From Octopus sinensis (taxonomy: Eukaryota): 64,000 nt of DNA. Below the pieces are notes generated by a model that did no database searches, was not told the origin of the DNA, and was given only the letters and a program-made list of their open reading frames with translations. Where the stretch lies: NCBI RefSeq assembly GCF_006345805.1, contig NW_021832570.1, positions 8,181 to 72,180 of the forward strand, given 5' to 3'. Shown here piece after piece: positions 38,611 through 50,759 of the stretch (within the stretch, counting starts at the first letter, position 1; each line of letters opens with the position of its first letter). The position numbers and the translations under genes are program-made.

Positions 38611-39589
38611 TTCTAATGTATGTAAAGAAGAACTGATGGCAATCCTGTTTCCCCTCACTATTGCTTGGGACACGTTTGTATAATGAATTGACGATAACTA
38701 TTTGTTAGTAGAAGGTCTTTTGTTCGTAGAAGGTCTAAAATATAAAGATAACACATTATTAAGAAAAAATTTGTAATGTTGTTAAATGCCTATGCTCATA
38801 TATGATAATTTTTCGTATTAATATACATTACATTCACTCGAACAGAGCAGCCTTTTAGATTTTGTGGTAATTTCAGCCATGTTTAGTCACGAATCAATAG
38901 TATTTTCAAAAATCAGTGCATAAAACGAGTATCCCCAGTATTCCAAAGATTATTAAAATTAAGAATCTTCCTTGTTACCTGATAATGCTTTTAGAGCATC
39001 GAGATCCTCAACCACTTTGCAGTTTTTTGTTTATTGCAGCTAAATCTTTGTTTAATTCAGTAGGTATGGTGTCTTGGGTTTTCCACGAAATGGGACAAAT
39101 TAGTTTTCCATCGCGATGTTCCGAGGAGTGAGACTACCAAAAGACTGGCCAAAAAATCGCCATCTGGAATTCAGGATTTCTGTAGAGATCGACTCGAATT
39201 ACATCGTTTGTATAAGACTAAATTTGATTTTTTTTAGGAATTGCATTTTTATAATTTTTTGATAAAATTGGTTCAAACTGTTCATTTCAGATTTGGTGAT
39301 TTCCCATATCGATCCGTTATACGTCAGGACCGAGACAACTAACGTGTTATTGTCTTTGTATTTAGCTTTCTTAAACGCCAGCTGTTTACGAGTTTATTGT
39401 ACGCCACATTTGATAGTATCTTTCTATGGGTGACATCTTCAGAGTCACCCAGCAGTAATCCAACTTTTTATGCCTTCTCCAGAGTTTATCATAGGTCCGT
39501 TTAGCAAGAACAATTTTTGTGCATTCCGTGGAATACAATGCCAGACAAAAATTGGATTCGTTATAAATTTTACTTTTTTCTTTGAAAAA

Positions 39590-40000
39590 TTATAAACATT
39601 TACGACATTTTAGCTAGTGAATTACAACTGATTCACAAGGCTAAGGTGAAGATTGTGCCAATTGTTATTACGTGGGATGGAATCGTCTCAACGTTCTACC
39701 GCAAGTACATGAAGCTCCTTGGGATTGAAGAACGTGTTCGGTCTTACATCCAGACTGTAAAGCTGAAGGCCACTCTGGAGAGCATGTTTGTTGAGTACAA
39801 ACATGGCTTCAGTGAAATCCTGGACTCTGCAAATTCCGTAAATAGGAACTGGCGGAAATATAATTTCTCTATGAAGATCAGCAAGTCCCTTAAGAGATCC
39901 AGAGATTGCGCGCCCCAGGAGGAGATTGAAGATCATGGCGGGGACGATCAAAGTGGAGTCATGGGGAACTCGGAAAGCAAAAAATTTAAGAGTCGTCTAA
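39590..40000 (+). mobile_element. 3' fragment of R4/Dong-like RLE non-LTR retrotransposon
   Basis: YDILASEL...KIVPIVITWDGIV...YIQTVKLKATLES, typical of the RLE domain end. Confidence 0.7.
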
Positions 40001-40149
40001 TTAGTGTTTATACAGATGTTCTTTTCATTGATTTGAAAATTATTTTAAATTTTCGTTAGAAAAAAATCCACTATAGCTCTAATATTGGATAGAATCAAAT
40101 CCAAATATTTCTATACTGTTCACTTCACGTATAGGTATATGTCGAATTT

Positions 40150-40615
40150 CATATTTACATGTGTTGCAAAAATTATTTGTGTTTTTATTGTTTAGTTAAA
40201 TTAATTTTTAAGTTAATTTTTTAATTTGTAAGTTAATAAAGTTATTTTTTGGTTAATTTTTTTATTTTTAGCTTAACTAATTGATTTGAAGTTTGAAAAG
40301 ACTGAACTTCCATGAAAATTGAATTTTTTGGTGTTAAAAAGAGGCGTTTCATTTTTATGCCCCATGCAACCACTGAGGGTTGCATTTAGAACAGCCACTT
40401 ATTTGTTTCTTTTGTTTCATTACCTGACTTTTTAGCCTATAGCATTTTACAGTAGAATGAAAGCAGGTTTTATAAATTCCTATCCATATGGCCATATGGC
40501 CATAAGTAATTTACTTTAAATTATAAATAAACAAGCTAATCAATGACAGTTTTAGTCTGCTCCAATATTTTAATTAATTCGTCAATCATTAGTTAATTCT
40601 ACCAAATTCTTTTCA
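40150..40615 (+). repeat. Copy of dispersed CCATATGGCCAT repeat
   Basis: Close match to 29040-29460. Confidence 0.85.
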
Positions 40616-40619
40616 ATCG

Positions 40620-41190
40620 TCTCGTCTTTTCGAGCTTAGCGATAATGCAATTTCTCGAACCCGTAAGTAAGCAATGGTCCGACGTACGTTTTATAAACAT
40701 ATAAAAATGTTTCCGGACAAAGGTGAAAGTGAATTATGCTTCCGAAATTTGAGCGCATTTCCTTCTCCTCGAATAGATGTATCTGGCGTAAGAACTCTTG
40801 GATCCAACTTCAACCCCAAGATATTCAGGTTTTCCATTTTGTAAACCCATGGAGGTTTTTTGGCGTTTTTCGTTTAGTTCCCTGTTTTGCAATCCAAGTG
40901 GCGGTGCACTTTATTTTGAGAGTGTCATCCTTTTGATATTCACCACTCTTCTACTCTTGTTACGTATCCTTTTATTTTCCTTCACATATATCTTTTTTCC
41001 ACAAAGCATCCGTTATTAGTATGTCTTCCGCGTAGATCATGAGACGACTGGTAGGATCTTTCGGTTTTTGAATATCAGCAACGTAAATATTAACAAGTAG
41101 AGGGCTCTAGACCGAGCCTTTAGGTACCCCTCTTTTGAGATCGACAGATTCCGACAAACGGTTTCAGCATCGTATGTATGACCGCCTCAT
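40620..41190 (-). mobile_element. Degenerate LINE RT fragment related to 50760-51925
   Basis: GVPKGSV motif and YLGVE-DP-like segment on minus strand. Confidence 0.5.
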
Positions 41191-41824
41191 GGATAATTCA
41201 ATAAAATTATTTTCCACCACTGACTGAACTGCTTCTTAGACTTGTTTATTCCATAGAATAAATGTAGATGGATACATCTTATCACCTCATTATTTTACCG
41301 TAAGTTAGTATCGTTCGGATCGGCGATCACGGGGATTACTATAATTAACTGGTTTACCCGTCTTTGGTCTTTAATAAATAAATAAAATAATATCACATCT
41401 TGTTTCTAGGTGGTCTACCATTTTCATAGCCATATCGAAATGGAGCACAGTTGACTAATTAGCTAAATTATTAACTCGAATCTTTCATATTTTAGTAGCT
41501 TTTTTAAGGAGAACATACTGTATATATGCCTTGATTTTATTTGAAATCTTAGTTTTTAATATATTCGGAGTGCTGTTTAGAGTTATTGGGAAATGTCACG
41601 AAGAAAGAAAATCCATGAAGGCATAGTCATTGGCTAAAAGACGATCACAGACTCAATAACACGGTAGAGACAAATTAAGGAAAATCGATCATTCTATTTT
41701 TCATTAACTTGTTGTTTTTTTGTCGAGTATTTCAAGATATTCTTTAATGCAATTCAATATTCCTCGCTAATTTTTTTTTTTTTTTTAATTTCAAAGTAAT
41801 TATTGAAATAAGTTAGTCAATGAC

Positions 41825-42081
41825 TAAAAGGCACTTGCGGTTGCACGCATGATGGAGTGTGCATTGCCGCGAACGACAGCTATTCCAATTTGTTGGAATA
41901 ACCATGACACTTCTCGAGGCTCCCCACGTCGCCTAGCAACTTTTCCTCCGACTTCTCTGATGAAAGAAGTCGTAAGAGGGCCGGTTACCCCAGAAGTCTC
42001 CACAGCGATAGGTACGAAGCGGTACCGTTGTCCAAGATTTGCGTATTTGGCAATTTTTCTTTGCTCTGCAGCATCTCGCTA
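41825..42081 (-). mobile_element. CRE-like RLE 3' fragment
   Basis: KIAKYANLGQRYRFVPIAVETSGVTGP...IGIAVVRGNA on minus strand. Confidence 0.75.
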
Positions 42082-42199
42082 ATTTGGCAACACATTTTGA
42101 ATTCGACGAATTAAAAAAGATTTTATCTTTCTCATTAAAACATCAGCTTATTAATTGATTTTAAAGTCATTATTAATCATCATTAAAATTATGAATAAA

Positions 42200-42755
42200 T
42201 TTGGGGGAACTGTTGACGAGTACGGTTTGCATCCCCTCGCTTGCCGGCGGAGTGCCGGTCGTGCCCCCCGTCACAGTGAACTCAACTCAGTCATACAGAG
42301 AGCCCTCGCTTCAGCAGGCATCCCGTCAATCCTTGAACCTGTTGGATTGGATAGAGGGGATGGCAAACGCCCTGACGGCATGTCCACCTTCCCCTACGAG
42401 CAGGGGAAATCCCTTATTTGGGATTCTACCTGCTCGGACACGTTCTCGCTGGGAAATCTCGCTCTGTCCGCCGCCAATCCTGGGCACGCTTCCAGGCAGG
42501 CCGAGGAGCGAAAGATTCTCAAGTACGGCCACCTCTCCAACTCGCTGCTCTTTACTCCAATTGCCGTGGAGTCCTCCGGGATCTTCGGTCCCAAGACACT
42601 CCGCTTCCTTCGCTCGCTCGGTCGACGGATTTCAAGGACTAGTCACGACCCAAGAGAGTTTTCTTGGCTCCTGGAACGTCTGTCGATTGCTGTGATCTGA
42701 GGGAACGGCTTCGCCATTCGCGAGGCTGGTCGGGTGTCTCGTGAGGCCTTTAATT
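42200..42755 (+). mobile_element. CRE-like non-LTR 3' end (zinc knuckle + restriction-like endonuclease)
   Basis: GLHPLAC...RHSELN...DGKRPDG...WDSTCSDT...PIAVESSG...RLSIAV. Confidence 0.85.
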
Positions 42756-43167
42756 AACTTAGCTATCTTTAATTTCTTTCTTGCTTCAAAGAATAATAAC
42801 TTGTTTCATTAAAAAAAAAATTTTTGAAATAAGCGATAGTACAAAAATCGCCATAAAATTTCATGAAACCACTCATTTTTTAATTTTAGCTACACTTGTC
42901 ATTGCGCTTGATTTGATAAATCACGATATTAAATAAATATGGAACTCTTAATCATTTCTATTTTTAGTATATTAGATTTACAAAGTACAGGGAAACTAAT
43001 TAAGATAAACATTTGACTAAAAGATGCTTTCTCATTGTAAAGACCGACATTATTAATATAAAAATTATTAAAAAACGTAAAAAAAGAGAATCAGAAATTG
43101 GACATTCCTAAAACAAATTGAGAATAATTTTATGTGTTTCCATAATATCATCGCATACGGTAATAAA

Positions 43168-45037
43168 TAGGGCAATTTTTTGCCTAAAATGCCTTTTTGC
43201 ACCAAAAGGTCTATTTATTTAAATAATTAATTTAAGCTATAATTTAATTAAAATAGATTTATCTACAACGAGTTATAAATGCCTTAAATGCTTAAAAAAT
43301 TGTTAAGGTCCTAAAAAATTTTTTTAAGGTCCTAAAAATTTTTTTAAGGTCTTAAAATTTTTAAAATAAATTATTTTTAAATGTTACAAAAAAATATTTT
43401 AAAATAACAAATTAGGCACGCTATAAAATTACTTTTTTTGTGTTCAAATGCCACGTGTACGTTCTACAATAAAGTCTAAAGCTCTAAAAGCCTATGAAAC
43501 TTACGTAAAAGAATTCACAGTGATTAAGGCAGTCTATATTGTAAAATATGTATGATCTACGTCAATGCATCAAAAAAATATTATATTGATCAGCATAGAC
43601 AATCTACAAAACATCTAAAGCTTTTGAGTAATTTAAAATTATTTTTTTTAGATAACAATGAAGGATTCCAACAATCCTTAGATTCCCTATTCAACGGTCA
43701 AACCGAAACGGAAGACTTTCAGAGTATGCCGATGGAAGTTGCCAAAGCCTTTTCTGAAGCAAACATTCCTCTTCATAAGCTCAATAATCCAAGCTTAAAG
43801 GGATTGTTTTAAAAATTGAATATTTCGCTTCCTTCCCAGTCAGCCTGTCGCAATTGTATTCCTGCAATCAGTGAACAAAATTATCCAAGTATAAAAGTGA
43901 TCTAAGGTTAACAAATGATTAATTTTTAGATCTCAAAAGATTTTTATGGTTGTTGACGAGGGGACGTAAATGGACAGAAGTTTGTAGTTGTTCTCATTGG
44001 GAATATCGCTTATCCAGAGAAGACCTATTTAATTTCGTGTGAACCTTTATATGAATCTGTAACTGCTAACACAATTCTTCAGATTATCGATGAAGAGATT
44101 AAAAATTCGAGATTATACGCAATAATTTCTTCTTTTTTCTTTCTGATGCAGCCCCGTATATGATTTTGGGTAGTTTGTTGAATTATTTTTAGCCGGAAAA
44201 ACATTGAAAATGCTTTATCCTAGGATGTTCCATGTAACATGTGTTGCACATTTGTTACAATTGCTGTCTCAGAGTAAAGGCGTATTATTCGGACGTTTGA
44301 TAATCTTATTGCGACTATAAAGACATCAATAGTGAAAAACAAAACTAGAAAAAAAAATGTTTTCTACAATTGGTTATCCGCCCGACGTCATCATAACTAG
44401 ATGGGGTAGTTGGCTGCAAGCAGCATACTATTATGCAAATATTTTGTATCAATTGCTGAAATTGTGGAGAATTTCAAAGACGACGGAATATTAGTTAAAA
44501 AAGTAAAACAAGCAATTGAATCGCCAACCTTAAGAAAAGTCTAATGGAAATAAATGAAAATTATCAGATACTTAATCAAATATTGAAAAAAATGGAATCC
44601 ACAAGTTATACAATAAATGATGCACATTCAGATCTTTGTTTGTTAAATTTCCGTCTGATAATGCAGAAATAAATGAATACATACAAAAAAGATTACACAA
44701 AAATGACATAGAATCAATTATAGAAATGGAGAAAAGTAATATCTCCCCTGAAGAATATGGACTAATAAGAAAATGTCAGTGTACATCATCAACCGTTGAA
44801 AGAGCATTTCTATGCTTAAAAAATTAATTACTAAAGATAGAGGTTTCAATGCGGAAAATGTCAAAAATTATTTAATACCTTACTATAACAAATAATTTTT
44901 ACGACTTTTTGATTTAATACCTTATTAAAATGTGCCTAAAAGTAGAATAAAGTCCTAAAAATAAAATAAAGTAGTCCTAAAATGCCTATTTTTAAGGTCC
45001 TAAAAATAAATTTTAAGTGCCTGAAAAAATTGCCCTA
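43168..45037 (+). mobile_element. Full-span degenerate hAT element (BED + CGGBP1/DUF659-like transposase pseudogene)
   Basis: TIRs TAGGGCAATTTTTT / AAAAAATTGCCCTA. TSD GTAATAAA / GTAATAAT (7 of 8). YCKIC...QHRQSTKH, SDAAPYM, HVTCVAH, TRWGSWL and TSSTVERAF. GGTCCTAAAA subterminal repeats. Confidence 0.9.
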
Positions 45038-45672
45038 GTAATAATCTAATATCAAAATTTACTATCTCCAAACTTTCGTATTCTCAGGAAAATGATTTTT
45101 GAAACAAAAAGAAGTTTTGTCCTGAAAAAGAGGATTGTCATATCTCTCATGATGACTGTTATTCGGAAAAATAACATTTTTTTTCTCCAAGTATAATACA
45201 ATGTCAGGTTCTGGGAGTCCCACATCACATGCACTACACCACTCTGGGGACAGACCCTAAAATAAAAAGAATTAAAAATTGTTTAAATTAATATATGAAA
45301 CCTTAGCCACTGAATATGCAATTCCAGAGTAAATATAACGATCTAGAATCAGTACTTTTCCTTCAGACAAAATAGTGATCATTTCGTTACTAAAAATAAA
45401 AAAAATAACAAACTAAAGTTCCCATCTATTTGCAGAAAAAAGAAGATGTACAGCGTGATCGTCCAAGTCTATTTGACATTTGAGATATGAGTCTATTAAT
45501 TTTCCTATCTTGGTTTCCCGGTCTAATGAATTAGCAAACAATCATTGCCTGGAAATTTCATTAATCTAGATGGAATCCCCATTTTATTTAGGGATTCGTA
45601 TAGGAGCTTGCACTGTGTGGTTTTTCCAACTTTATCAGGGCCTTCGAACACCACAAGAAACCCCGCGCGCAT
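45013..45672 (-). CDS. DTYMK: Thymidylate kinase (dTMP kinase)
   Basis: MRAGFLVVFEGPDKVGKTTQ (P-loop), FPDR, HLLFSANRWE, DRYIYSGIAYSVAK, GLPEPD and ERYD. First intron 45523-45548 is GC-AG. The 3' end runs into the hAT TIR, so the end coordinate is a model. Confidence 0.9.
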
Positions 45673-45765
45673 TATGAAATAGTCGGTTAGTTATATATTT
45701 AAATTTTGAATTTTCATAAAGTACAGTAAACTATTTTAAATTTTCCAATTCAGAAATTGTCTTCA

Positions 45766-46663
45766 CAGTGAACCCTCGAAAATTGGCCATTTTTGGTAGA
45801 TAAAAATGTTATGGTCAATTAAACAAATCAATATTTGAAAAAAATTCGAAATAAAAACGTTTAAAGTTAATTAAAATACAATTTAAATTTGTACATTTAC
45901 GAAGTGGTCAATTTTTGAAGGTTTACTGAATTTTTAGTCTTTAAAACATTACTGAAAAATAGTTTTTTTAGTATTTCGTTTGGAAGATACAAAAACATCA
46001 AAGATAGAGTGTCTGTTTGAAGAAAAAAGATATCGATATATGAACCATATAAACATTTGAACCTTAAAGATACTGTTCTATTTATAAAAATGGCCAGAAA
46101 AGATGTATCCCCTAAAAGGATTATAAATCGTTTTAAACTTCTTAAAAAATCTGATACAATCACACCGCTAAAAGAAATATTAACCAAGACGGATATTTTC
46201 GATCCGATTGAAATCGAAGAATTTATGTCGATAAATTACTCTGAAAAAAATGCGACAGATGAAGAAGAAATAACACCATTATTGGATGAAAGTGAGATAT
46301 TCATCCATGAAGAAGCTACTGAAATGAAGCCCTCAATAATGAAGTAGCATCCAAGTTAAACTAAATTGAAACGGATCTTATTGAGAACATTAAAAACGGA
46401 GACGATGCAGTCTTGTTACAGCAATTAGAAGATTTAAGAAAAAAATTGAAATATCAAAAAGAAACAAATTGTAATTGAATATTATTTTGATAAAATTTAG
46501 TAATTTGTCTTAATAAAAAATTTTGTAATTTTTTAGTTTTAATCGACAAAAAGTTTCCAATAAATATTTTAAAATTATTGATTAAATTCTGCAATTTTTC
46601 ATTCCCCAAATCTATTGCAAATTTGACAAGAACAACAAATAGCAAATTTGAGAGAGTTTACTG
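45766..46663 (+). mobile_element. Pogo/Tigger-like non-autonomous element
   Basis: Imperfect TIRs CAGTGAACCCTCGAAATT / AATTTGAGAGAGTTTACTG with TA on the right. DVSPKRIINRFK resembles the pogo post-DDE segment. Confidence 0.55.
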
Positions 46664-46915
46664 TATAGGAAATAATTAAAGAAATCATTGATAGATAACA
46701 TTAAGACGTTAATAGTAACATTATGACATTAAAAAGTCATTTAACGGCTTCTAAGAGATTCATATCGATTTCCTTCTCATTTCTATTGTGAATAAAAAAC
46801 AGTCTAAAAACATTCTTGTCTTAATCGGAGACGCTCAAGAATAAGTTCTATCTCCATTTTTGGTCCGTTATTTAGATGTCGGTTTGTATTTTACCATTTC
46901 AAATGTTATTAAGTA

Positions 46916-49900
46916 CTAGCTCAGCAGTTCGCTTCGCTCACTGCGAGCTAGCTCCTGCGGAGGCCCTGCTCGCTACGCTCGCAGTTTCCTTAAATAACTA
47001 TAAATTTATGTAGATATATAAATGCGACCTGCTTTGATATAACCTTATTCTAAGGCCTGTGGATAAACGATGTTTGCAGTCCGTCCATCCTTGGCAAATA
47101 TAAATAAATTTCTCTTCTACCTACCCTTGAGCACCCCACATACAGCTGGCCATGTGAAAAGCACTCGTTCTCTAAAAATAAGCCTACTACCTTTAAAGAC
47201 TGTCCCTGGGCCTTGTTTATTGTCATAGCAAAACTTATCTTCAGCGGAAATGTAGTCTCTTAAATCTATCGCAGACCCTTTCATGGTCCATAATAACGTC
47301 GACCGATTTATATATTCTTTCTCTGCCAGGGATTTTCATTAATAAATCTAAATTTATATTAAGTACCTCATCATTAAGTGGAGCTAATATAGCTCGTTCA
47401 CGCAGCCAGTCGAAATTCACGTAGTGTTCAGATAGTTCGGAATAGACGGCATTCAATAATCTTCTGCTGTTTCTACGAAAATACATAATTCTTCCGGTAG
47501 CCTAATTTTCTGGTCGTGCATTTCTGAAGTGATTGCCCCATTTCCAATATCTAGAAGGATTTGTGGGAATATGCTATTAACGCCTTGTAAATGTACATTT
47601 ACATCTAAGCTTACCTTTTTCACGTGTGTCCACAAATATGACGATTTGAGGCAGGCATTCAATTCATCCGCAGGCGTCCCTCTTTGAATAATTGGCAGCG
47701 TCTGTCTAAAATCACCTGCCAATACAACTAATGCTCCCCCAAACAAATGGTCGCTACAATTCTTGATATCTCTATATGTTCGGTCAACTGCTTGAATGCG
47801 CCTTTATGAGCCATCGTACATTTCCCAAACAATTAACCTAGAATGCATAATTCTATTACCCGTAGTTGAGTCTAACAGCAGTCCTGACCTTGTTCAGCTG
47901 TTGTCTAAGTTCCCTCACCATTTAAGCACATCTTCCCTCGTTTCTCTTTTTTGTTATATGGTTCATATTCTCTTGTTTGTTAACACTCTCAGATCTCTCT
48001 TTATAGGACATTCTTATGATTTTGTAAACGCGAATCAGTAATTTATATTAATTTCTACGTAAATTTATTAGTGAAATTTATGTAAAGTGTATTTTTTTAT
48101 TGATAAATGAACAAAACAATTGTCAGTTAACTAAATTAAGTCCAGCGAACGGATGCTTGCGCGTTCCCGCGCACGATTGCGAGTGAGATCCTCTGCCTCA
48201 ACCAAGAGGACTCGCGAAAGTGTATTATCCAATCAAAGCCATTATACTTATTGCCTCTATGTTTAAAGGAATTGAAACTTTAGCATAATCGAACTTGTCT
48301 GTTTCGGTAAAGAAAATGATAATCAGCTTCATCTTTGTAGTATTATAAGGAAAAAAATTAAAGCCTGTTAAATCAAGGAGATTTAAATATAGGCAAATTG
48401 AAATTTACATGACTAATTTAAATTTTATTTGCCTCTATCTTTTAAGAAATCTAAACAGTAGCATAATCGAATTTGTCAGTTTCGGCAGTTAAAAGAATCA
48501 ATTATGTAAATCTCTAATAATTTTTGCTTTTTCCTTTTTAGTGGTTTCAAAATCTGATAATTGCACAGTCTATTCATGGTCGATAACAATTAGAGCTTTT
48601 ATTTTATTTTTTTAACGAAAATTTAACAAAAAAGAATTTATGTCATCGAAAAAAGATAGCTAAGCTAATTAATGGCCTCACGAGGCTTGAAGGTTGTGGA
48701 GGACCTCATCATGTGAGTCGAGGACTTTCTTGTCGTTCATTTTAACAAAAACGCAGAAAATATTTTTTTTTAATTTTTTGGCTTGAAGGTTTTGGGGGAC
48801 CACATCATGTGAGTCGAGGACTTTCTTGTTGTTCATTTTAACAAAAACGCAGAAAATAATTTTTTTTAATTTTTTGGCTTGAAGGTTTTGAGGGACCACA
48901 TCATGTGAGTCGAGGACTTTCTTGTTGTTCATTTTAACAAAAACGCAGAAAATATTTTTTTTTAATTTTTTGGCTTGAAGGTTTTGAGGGACCACATCAT
49001 GTGAGTCGAGGACTTTCTTGTTGTTCATTTTAACAAAAACGCAGAAAATAATTTTTTTAATTTTTTACCTTGAAGGTTTTGGGGGACCACATCATGTGAG
49101 TCGAGGACTTTCTTGTTGTTCATTTTAACAAAAACGCAGAAAATATTTTTTTTAATTTTTTACCTTGAAGGTTTTGGGGGACCACATCATGTGAGTCGAG
49201 GACTTTCTTGTTGTTCATTTTAACAAAAACGCAGAAAATAATTTTTTTAATTTTTTAGCTTGAAGGTTTTGGGGGACCACATCATGTGAGTCGAGGACTT
49301 TCTTGTTGTTCATTTTAACAAAAACGCAGAAAATAATTTTTTTTAATTTTTTGGCTTGAAGGTTTTGGGGGACCACATCATGTGAGTCGAGGACTTTCTT
49401 GTTGTTCATTTTAACAAAAACGCAGAAAATAATTTTTTTAATTTTTTGGCTTGAAGGTTTTGGGGGACCACATCATGTGAGTCGAGGACTTTCTTGTTGG
49501 TCATTTTTAACAAAAACGCAGAAAATAATTTTTTTAATTTTTTAGCTTGAAGGTTGTGGGGACCACATCATGTGAGTCGAGGACTTTCTTGTTGTTCATT
49601 TTAACAAAAACGCAGAAAATATTTTTTTTTAATTTTTGGCTTGAAGGTTTTGGGGGACCACATCATGTGAGTCGAGGACTTTCTTGTTGTTCATTTTAAC
49701 AAAAACGCAGAAAATAATTTTTTTTAATTTTTGGCTTGAAGGTTTTGGGGGACCACATCATGTGAGTCGAGGACTTTTTTGTTGTTCATTTTAACAAAAA
49801 CGCAGAAAATAATTTTTTTAATTTTTTGGCTTGAAGGTTTTGGGGGACCACATCATGTGAGTCGAGGACTTTCTTGTTGTTCATTTTAACAAAAACGCAG

Positions 49901-50242
49901 AAAATAATTTTTTTTAATTTTTTGGCTTGAAGGTTTTGGGGGACCACATCATGTGAGTCGAGGACTTTCTTGTTGTTCATTTTAACAAAAACGCAGAAAA
50001 TTGACTTGAAGGTTTTGGGGGACCTCATCATCGAGGATATTCTTTCTTATTAAAATTTTTTGACAGGAAGGTTCTTAGAGGATATCAACCTTTTATTGTG
50101 CCTCATTATCGAATAACTACAAAAGGGAAGGTTTTGACAATTTGATCTGGTTTGTAACAATTTGAATGTGGGTGTGCACAGACAGACAGACAGACACACA
50201 GACAGACAGACAGACACACACCATACCATTTTATTATTAAGA
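46916..50242 (-). mobile_element. Helitron, internally deleted, both termini present
   Basis: On minus strand A|TC at 50242, followed by a (CTGT)n microsatellite. 3' GC hairpin + CTAG|T at 46916. PIF1 helicase remnants at 47050-47840 ([52 protein letters not shown]). Confidence 0.9.
48685..50030. repeat. ~96-bp tandem array (~14 copies) inside the Helitron
   Basis: TTGAAGGTTTTGGGGGACCACATCATGTGAGTCGAGGACTTTCTTGTTGTTCATTTTAACAAAAACGCAGAAAATAATTTTTTTTAATTTTTTGGC repeated head to tail. Confidence 0.97.
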
Positions 50243-50453
50243 TAGAGTTTCAAGCCAGTACTTTCCAAAAAAATTGTACTAAAATAAAGAATTTTATTTA
50301 AAATTCCATAAAATAATACAGTGATTATAAATTCCCAGACGATGACTTTCCGTCTGTTTAGACAAAATCCAACTTCCTCCTCTCTGCTGCACATTATGAG
50401 GATATCGCCTAGCTGAACGCATTCACAAGAAATCTCATCGACAACAATTTTTC

Positions 50454-50694
50454 TCAGAATTGGAGTTGCTCTCCGATTCGGTCTGAACCAATGTTCAACG
50501 CAACGCCGTTTCTCCCAAAACGCAGCTTCCGACGTTTAGGCTGTGTGGTTTCTCTCATTTTGAGGCATTTGGCACCGGACGAACCAACAATCTTCCCATT
50601 CCGGGTAGGCCGTTCCCTTGTGTGGGACGCTACCTGCACGGATACGTTTTGGCGTCGAACCAAACATCGGCCATATCTACCTGGCATGTTGTAA
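50454..50694 (+). mobile_element. CRE-like RLE fragment
   Basis: PFRVGRSLVWDATCTDTF motif, homologous to 42400-42450. Confidence 0.7.
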
Positions 50695-50759
50695 ACAAAA
50701 ACTTTTTACATTGAGAAAATCTACTTAAAAGATCAAATAGAGCAGCATTGTTTTAATTT

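Noticed and set aside
48685-50030. CRISPR array or repeat-protein gene
   Set aside because: Units are head-to-tail without unique spacers, the context is eukaryotic, and ORFs are broken by homopolymer indels.
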